From positions 96,001 to 160,000 of the forward strand of contig JAOZFN010000017.1 of the NCBI GenBank assembly GCA_027492205.1: DNA of 64,000 nucleotides. The letters are read 5' to 3'. The notes beneath the pieces are model-generated. The model saw only the letters and a program-made list of their open reading frames with translations, had not been told where the DNA came from and did not search any database. The position numbers were made by a program, and so were the translations under genes. Of the stretch, positions 58,276 to 64,000 are shown piece after piece. The DNA is from Thermoproteota archaeon. Its GTDB lineage: Archaea; Korarchaeota; Korarchaeia; Korarchaeales; Korarchaeaceae. Every line of letters begins with the position of its first letter. Position 1 is the stretch's first letter.

Positions 58276-59531
58276 GAGATCACCTCCAACCTGCCCCCCA
58301 GGTAGAAGAGGTCTGAGAAGAAGCTCGGGTAGGAGTCGGCCGCGACGCCCGCGTTAAGCACCCTGCTCGGCCCCTCCGCGACCAGGGCCAGCACGGAGAG
58401 GGCCATCGCGACCCTGTGATCCCCCTCAGGGTCCAGGGTCCTGGCCCTGATCCCGTCGCCCCCCTCGATCTCCAGCCCGTCCCTCCTCTCTGTGACCCTA
58501 ACCCCGACCCTCCTGAGCTCCCTGGCCATGACCGAGATCCTGTCGCTCTCCTTCACTCTCGCGTGCTCCACTCCCCTAAGCCTGGTGCGGCCTCTGGCGC
58601 GCGCCCCGACCACGGCCAGGATGGGGAGTAGGTCCGGGCAGTCTCTGAGGTCCGCCTCGAACCCATCCAGCGACCCTCTCGACTCCACCTCGGCCCACCC
58701 GTCCCCGACCCTGACTTCAGCCCCAGCCTCCCTGAGGAACTCCAGGATCCTCGCGTCTGGGTGACCGCCGGGGGGCGGGAGGCCGCCGACCCTCACCCTG
58801 CCGCAGAGCGCCCCGGCTGCCAGCAGGAAGGCCGCCGACGAGTAGTCTCCGGGGATCCCTATCACGCCCGGCCTGTACTCCTGCCTGGGGAACTCCACCC
58901 TCCACCCCTCCCTCTCGAACTCGATCCCGGAGCGCCTCATCATCTCCAGGGTCATCTCCAGGTAGGGTCGGGACTTGACGTCGCCCACGACCTCCACGGT
59001 CAGCCCGAGCTTTGGTGCAATCAGCAGGAGGCCCGTCGCGAACTGGGACGAGGTCCCGGCGCTGACCCTGACCGCCTCCCCCACGGGCCGTCCCCCCTCG
59101 ACCACAACCGGCGGCTTACCGCCGCTGGACCTGACTCTAACCCCCAGCTGGCGGAGGGCCTCAACCCCGTCTCTCATGGGCCTCCTCGCCAGCGAGCCCG
59201 AGCCCAGCAGGGTCGTGCGCCCTGGGGCCAGAGCCGCGACGGCCATTGCGATCCTCATCGTCGTGGCAGACCTCCTGCAGTTCACCGCCCTCTTGGGCGG
59301 CCTGGGGAGGCCGGAACTCTCTATCGTCCCATCTACGGACGCGCCGGCGCCGAACGCTCTGACTGCCCCGAGGCTGGCCATCACGTCCGTGCACCGGGAG
59401 GGCCTGACCACCCTAGTGAGCCCACCCGTCAGCAGCCCTATGAACAGGGCCCTGTGGCTGTGGCTCTTGGAGGGGGGGGCGTCGACCCGACCGTCCAGCG
59501 TAGACGGGCGTATAACCGCGTCCAGCCTCAC
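58272..59531 (-). CDS. aroA: 3-phosphoshikimate 1-carboxyvinyltransferase (EPSP synthase)
   Basis: PPSKSHSHR, SSQF, PGDYSSA, RVKESDR, DHRVAMA, SYP.F; GTG 59531. Confidence 0.95.
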   Translation of the reverse strand: MRLDAVIRPSTLDGRVDAPPSKSHSHRALFIGLLTGGLTRVVRPSRCTDVMASLGAVRAFGAGASVDGTIESSGLPRPPKRAVNCRRSATTMRIAMAVAALAPGRTTLLGSGSLARRPMRDGVEALRQLGVRVRSSGGKPPVVVEGGRPVGEAVRVSAGTSSQFATGLLLIAPKLGLTVEVVGDVKSRPYLEMTLEMMRRSGIEFEREGWRVEFPRQEYRPGVIGIPGDYSSAAFLLAAGALCGRVRVGGLPPPGGHPDARILEFLREAGAEVRVGDGWAEVESRGSLDGFEADLRDCPDLLPILAVVGARARGRTRLRGVEHARVKESDRISVMARELRRVGVRVTERRDGLEIEGGDGIRARTLDPEGDHRVAMALSVLALVAEGPSRVLNAGVAADSYPSFFSDLFYLGGRLEVIS

Positions 59532-60358
59532 CTCACCCCCGCCACGATCACCTCGTACCCCAGTCGGCCCCAGGACTCCGCGACGGGGTCTGGGTCTTGG
59601 CATATGGCCGCCACGGCTGGTCCCTTGCCCGAGAGGCCAGCAGACTCTGCCCCCGCCTGAAGGGCCAGCCTCACAGGTTCCAGCGGGTAGCCGAGGGCCG
59701 AGGCGCAGGCGACCCCGTTGAGCAGCATGGCCGGCCTCCAGTCACCCTCAAGGGCCAGCCCGTAGGCGGCCTCCACGTGATCCCTGACGGAGTCCAACCT
59801 CGCGATGTCGGGGCCGCTGGCCTCGCGGGGGACCCCCATCACCGCACGCAGGCCGCCCCCCACGCGCATCCTCCTGACCAGCAGGAGCCTCCTGTTGTCG
59901 GTTACGCAGAGCCCCCCCAGCATCGAGGCGCAGGCGTCGTCAAAAGCTCCTGTCACCGTAACCCCGGCCAGCCTGGACACCTCCACGCCGAGCCTCACGA
60001 CCTCCAGAGGGTCCAGCCCCATCCCCAGGGCGTCCGCCGCCGCGGCGGCCAGGGCGTTTGAGACCGCGCTGCTGCTCTTCAGCCCAACCCCCACCGGTAT
60101 CTCGGACCTGATCTCGACCTCCAGCCCGGCGTCTACCCCGAACCTGTCTGAGAGAATTCTCAGTAGGGCCTCCACCAGCTCCCCGCCCAGGCGCATGCTC
60201 TCCCCCCTCACGGTCGAGCGGACCTCAACGTCACCCGGTTGGCGGAGCCTGAGCTCCACCTCCACGCGGAGGTCCACCCCGATCGCGGCCCCCCTCCAGG
60301 CGGGGATCGCGTTGACCACGGTAACGGCCCCAAAGGCCTCGCCAAATCCCTCCGTCAT
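59528..60358 (-). CDS. aroK: Archaeal shikimate kinase (GHMP family)
   Basis: VVNAI, IPVGVGLKSSSA, TGAFDDA, GLSGKGP; ATG 60358. Confidence 0.93.
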   Translation of the reverse strand: MTEGFGEAFGAVTVVNAIPAWRGAAIGVDLRVEVELRLRQPGDVEVRSTVRGESMRLGGELVEALLRILSDRFGVDAGLEVEIRSEIPVGVGLKSSSAVSNALAAAAADALGMGLDPLEVVRLGVEVSRLAGVTVTGAFDDACASMLGGLCVTDNRRLLLVRRMRVGGGLRAVMGVPREASGPDIARLDSVRDHVEAAYGLALEGDWRPAMLLNGVACASALGYPLEPVRLALQAGAESAGLSGKGPAVAAICQDPDPVAESWGRLGYEVIVAGVR

Positions 60359-61203
60359 CCCCCCACCACCCAGTCCAGGGCGGCCTGCCTCATGACCCTC
60401 AGAGGAGGGTCTGAGACCCCAGCCCATATCCTGAGGGCCTCTGCAGCCTGATAGACGAGCATCCAAACCCCGTCGACCACCCTGCATCCCGCCGACTCAG
60501 CCTGCCTGAGGAGCCTCGTCTTGAGGGGGTTGTAGACCGCGTCGAGTACGGTCAGCCCAGGCCTCAGCGCCCCGGAGGGCACCGGGCTGACGTCCTCGAG
60601 GGGAGGGGACCCGAGGGTGGTGGCGTTCACCAAGACGTCCGCGTCCCTGAGCTCCTCCCTCAGGACCGGGGGGTTCAGAGGCAGGGGCCTGACGCGGACG
60701 CCCAGCTCCTCGAACCGACGCGCCGCGGCCTCCGCCTTCTCAAAGCTCCTGTTCGCCAGGGCCACGTCCGCCGCGCGCTTGGCCAGGGCGAGGGCTATGG
60801 CCCTCCCGGCTCCCCCGGCGCCGATCACCACGGCCTTGCCGCCGTCGACGTCGGTCACCCTCTCTAGGGCCTTGACGGCCCCTTCCCCATCCGTGTTGAA
60901 TCCTCTGAGCTTTCCAGAGGCGTTCTTGATCACGTTTACTGCCTGGGCCGCGTCAGCCTCTGCCGATAGGCCGTCGAGTAGCCTGACCGCCTCGGTCTTG
61001 TGCGGGGTGGTGACGTTGGCCCCCTCTATCCCCAGGGCCCTGATCCCGGCAACGGCCGCGCTCAGCTCCCCCTTCGGCACGTCGAAGGAGACGTAGACGC
61101 AGTCGAGCCCCAGCTCCCTGAAGGCCGAGTTGAGCATGGAGGGGCTGGCCGACCTGCTTGCCCTCTCCCCGATCAGGCAGTACACCCTCGTCTCCGAGTT
61201 CAC
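60355..61203 (-). CDS. aroE: Shikimate dehydrogenase
   Basis: S.SP.M.N, GANVTTPHK, AVN, NTDG, GAGGAG, NAT, G..MLVYQA; GTGA overlap with aroD. Confidence 0.94.
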   Translation of the reverse strand: MNSETRVYCLIGERASRSASPSMLNSAFRELGLDCVYVSFDVPKGELSAAVAGIRALGIEGANVTTPHKTEAVRLLDGLSAEADAAQAVNVIKNASGKLRGFNTDGEGAVKALERVTDVDGGKAVVIGAGGAGRAIALALAKRAADVALANRSFEKAEAAARRFEELGVRVRPLPLNPPVLREELRDADVLVNATTLGSPPLEDVSPVPSGALRPGLTVLDAVYNPLKTRLLRQAESAGCRVVDGVWMLVYQAAEALRIWAGVSDPPLRVMRQAALDWVVGG

Positions 61204-61862
61204 CCTCCAAATCCGAGGAGCGCCCATACCTCCCTCAGCCTCCTCGCGTCCAGCTGTCCCGGCGCGGTCTCGCCGAACCCGGGGGCGGAGGCGTAAGTGA
61301 AGGGGGCCCCCGCCATTGGAGCCAGAACTCTGGAGGGGAGGCCGAGCCGGCCCATGCAGAAGGAGACCACCCCCCTGGACTCGGCCACGAGCCGCAGGGT
61401 GGTCAGGTTGTCCCTCCAGACCCCCGCCGTGGTGACCAGCTTGACCGCGTGGGGCTCGAGCCTGAGGGCCCTCTCCCTCAGTGACCTGAGCTCCTCTATC
61501 TCGGGGGTCCGGGAGAGGTCGTGGTGTGAGGCTATCAGCCCGACCCCCAGCCGCCTGAGCGTCCTGATGACCTCCGTCCCGCCGGCGTCGATCTCTAGGT
61601 CCACGCACAGGGGCCTGAGTTCGGCCGAGAGCTTGGTCAGGAGCCTCAGCCTCCTGTCCTCGGGGCCGGCGAAGGCTCCCCCGTCCGACCTCCTCCTGAC
61701 GGTCACCACCAGGGAGTCCCTCAGTTCAGACAGCCTGTCCAGACCCTCAAACTCCTCCAGGAGGTCTGCCCTGAGTTCGAAGAGCTCCGCGTATGGTTTG
61801 GAGGCCTCCACGGCGGAGAGAAACTCTCTTACGGTCTTGGCTCCGATCGAGACGCATATCAA
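61200..61862 (-). CDS. aroD: 3-dehydroquinate dehydratase type I
   Basis: ELRAD, T.RRRSDGG.F, SHHD..RTP, FCMG..G..SR, APGQ. Confidence 0.93.
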   Translation of the reverse strand: MICVSIGAKTVREFLSAVEASKPYAELFELRADLLEEFEGLDRLSELRDSLVVTVRRRSDGGAFAGPEDRRLRLLTKLSAELRPLCVDLEIDAGGTEVIRTLRRLGVGLIASHHDLSRTPEIEELRSLRERALRLEPHAVKLVTTAGVWRDNLTTLRLVAESRGVVSFCMGRLGLPSRVLAPMAGAPFTYASAPGFGETAPGQLDARRLREVWALLGFGG

Positions 61863-62908
61863 TTGGCCATCCCCTCCAGGACCTCTAGCAGAACCTCCTC
61901 CGGAACTCTTCGCACGGTCGCGCTCCCCAGGTCCTCCGGCAGGACCATCGCGAGCCTCCCCAGCCAGGACTTCTTGTCCAGGAGGGCCGCCCTCACCACC
62001 TCACCCGGGGGGAGGGGGAGCCCCGTCGGGAGCCCCAGCCTGGCCAGCAGCCTCTCGACCCTCTCGGCGTGCTCGAATCCCAGCAGCCTCTCGGCCACCC
62101 TGCAGGCCGCCACCAGGCCTATCGCTACGGCGTGGCCGTGCCTGATGGAGTAGCCGGAGACGGCCTCGATCGCGTGGCCCACCGTGTGACCCAGGTTGAG
62201 CCTCATCCTCGGGCCTATGTCCCTCCAGTCCCGCCTGACGACCGAGACCTTGGCGGCCACGGCCCGCTGGATGACTAGATCCAGCTCCTCCCTGCTGGGG
62301 TCGAGCAGCCCGGCCCCGACCGACTCGACCAGCGAGAAGAGGGGGGGATCGCAGGCCACCCCGCACTTCACCACCTCCGCCAGCCCGCTGGCCATCTCCT
62401 CCATGGGGAGAGTGGAGAGCGTGTCTGGGTCAATCAGGACGAGGTCTGGCCTGTAGAACGTACCCACCAGGTTCTTGCCCGTCAGGTTCACTCCGTTCTT
62501 GCCCCCGATGGAGGCGTCGACCTGGGCCAGGAGGGTGGTCGGGACCAGCGCCAGGAGCGTGCCCCTCATGTAGGTGGAGGCGACGAACCCCGCCAGGTCG
62601 CACACCGCCCCGCCTCCGACCCCTACCGTGGCCGACTTCCTCCCGAGGCCCATGTCCGCCATGGCCTCCCACGCGGCCTTGGCCCATTCGAGGCTCTTGC
62701 AGGACTCGCCCCCCATTCTCATGACCACGTGCTCCACCCCCGCGCCGTCGAGCGCCCTCTCCACGTGAGGCAGCCACGAGTCCTCTATGCCCCTGTCCGC
62801 CAAGACGAGGGCCCCCTGAGGGGAGAGCCTCTCAATCTCCCTCGCCAGGTCCGCCAGGGAGCCCCTTCTCAGCACTATCCTGCCCGAAATCGGATCTTCG
62901 ATCTCCAA
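61859..62908 (-). CDS. aroB: 3-dehydroquinate synthase
   Basis: [48 protein letters not shown]. Confidence 0.95.
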   Translation of the reverse strand: MEIEDPISGRIVLRRGSLADLAREIERLSPQGALVLADRGIEDSWLPHVERALDGAGVEHVVMRMGGESCKSLEWAKAAWEAMADMGLGRKSATVGVGGGAVCDLAGFVASTYMRGTLLALVPTTLLAQVDASIGGKNGVNLTGKNLVGTFYRPDLVLIDPDTLSTLPMEEMASGLAEVVKCGVACDPPLFSLVESVGAGLLDPSREELDLVIQRAVAAKVSVVRRDWRDIGPRMRLNLGHTVGHAIEAVSGYSIRHGHAVAIGLVAACRVAERLLGFEHAERVERLLARLGLPTGLPLPPGEVVRAALLDKKSWLGRLAMVLPEDLGSATVRRVPEEVLLEVLEGMAN

Positions 62909-63681
62909 TCGGAGAGCACCTCCATCAGACTCCTGAACCCGTCGATTGTCAGGCTCTGAGGTCCGTCCGAGAGGGCCTCCTCAGGCCTTGGGTGCACCTC
63001 CACCATTATCCCGTCGGCCCCGACGGCGAGGGAGGCCAGGGCCAGCGGGGGAACCAGGCTCCTCCTGCCGGCCGCGTGAGACGGGTCCACCACCACCGGC
63101 AGGTGAGTCAGCTCCCTCAGGGCCGGGACGGCCGAGATGTCAAGGGTGAACCTGCTGTGGTCCGCGAAGGTCCTGATGCCCCTCTCGCAGAGTATGACGC
63201 TCTCGTTCCCCCCCGCCAGGATGTACTCTGCGGCCATCAGCCACTCCCTCAGGGTGGCCCAGGGCCCCCTCTTCAACAGGACGGGCCTGTCTACCTTACC
63301 GAGCTCCCTCAGGAGGGGGAAGTTCTGCATGTTCCTGGCCCCAACCTGGAGCACGTCGGCGTACTCTGAGACCAGCCCCACGTGCCGCGGGTCCATCACC
63401 TCGGTCACCACGGGGAGGTCGTACTCGTCCCCCACCCGCCTGAGGAGCCTGAGGCCCTCTATTCCGAGCCCCTGAAACGAGTAGGGAGACGTCCTGGGCT
63501 TGAACGCGCCTCCCCTGAGCATGTCCGCCCCAGACTCCTTGACGGCCGCCGCCACCTCCTCGAGCTGACCCAAGCTCTCGACGGAGCACGGCCCGGCTAT
63601 CACCACGAAGCCCTCCCCGACCCTCACCCCGCGGACCTCGACGACCGTCCTGTCCCTGCGCTCCCTGCTAGTCAGGAGCAT
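62875..63681 (-). CDS. aroF: DAHP synthase type I-beta (3-deoxy-7-phosphoheptulonate synthase)
   Basis: [44 protein letters not shown]; no regulatory domain. Confidence 0.95.
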   Translation of the reverse strand: MLLTSRERRDRTVVEVRGVRVGEGFVVIAGPCSVESLGQLEEVAAAVKESGADMLRGGAFKPRTSPYSFQGLGIEGLRLLRRVGDEYDLPVVTEVMDPRHVGLVSEYADVLQVGARNMQNFPLLRELGKVDRPVLLKRGPWATLREWLMAAEYILAGGNESVILCERGIRTFADHSRFTLDISAVPALRELTHLPVVVDPSHAAGRRSLVPPLALASLAVGADGIMVEVHPRPEEALSDGPQSLTIDGFRSLMEVLSDWRSKIRFRAG

Positions 63682-64000
63682 GAGCCACCGCCTCCGCGGC
63701 CCTGACGACTGATTCCGGGGTCAGGCCGTAGATCTCGAGGAGCCTCCGGTAGTCCCTGGACGTCCTCCCAAAGGCGTCGCGGACGCCGATCCTGATCACC
63801 CTGGTGGGCATCCTCTCGGCCAGGACCTCCGCGATAGCACCCCCAAGCCCCCCGATCACGCTGTGCTCCTCCACGGTTACGATCCCCGACGTCTCGGAGG
63901 CTGCCTTCAGCACGGCCCCCTCGTCCATCGGCTTCAGCGTGTGCACGTCGAGCACCCTCGCCTCGACGCCCCTGCGCGAGAGCTCCTCGGCGGCCGCCAG
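63668..64000 (-). CDS. Transketolase C-terminal subunit (5' end outside the window)
   Basis: [28 protein letters not shown]. Confidence 0.9.
   Translation of the reverse strand: MAAAEELSRRGVEARVLDVHTLKPMDEGAVLKAASETSGIVTVEEHSVIGGLGGAIAEVLAERMPTRVIRIGVRDAFGRTSRDYRRLLEIYGLTPESVVRAAEAVAHAPD

Noticed and set aside
1-64000. CRISPR array, transposase or integrase
   Set aside because: No regularly spaced repeats with unique spacers and no recognisable recombinase ORF.

Overview
GC-rich (~65%) archaeal chromosomal segment, probably from a (hyper)thermophilic TACK-type archaeon; this is inferred from AGG-biased Arg codons, GGTGA/GGAGG ribosome-binding sites, TATA-like boxes and archaeal marker families. 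Housekeeping content: dppABCDF peptide ABC operon, AMP phosphorylase, HtpX, AlaX, an AfuABC/FbpABC-like ABC transporter preceded by three surface-anchored proteins (two are metallophosphoesterases), two paralogous beta-propeller/Ig surface proteins, argGH, a tungsten-enzyme radical SAM maturase, and a transketolase-aroFBDEKAC-tyrA operon. It also carries three toxin-antitoxin-like modules and several gene relics (nre, livF/livK, MFS, aroC). Not in the ORF track: two credible box C/D guide RNAs on the minus strand (38259-38320 and 41053-41114) with guides complementary to conserved rRNA segments. A diverged, ungapped second copy of the first (39277-39338) means a PIN toxin-antitoxin pair is bracketed by two copies of one sRNA gene. 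Also seen: a perfect 223-bp duplication inside a nucleotidyltransferase gene, several single-event frameshifts, and a Cys-rich reading frame interrupted by one amber codon. All calls come from motif recognition by eye; no database searches were run.
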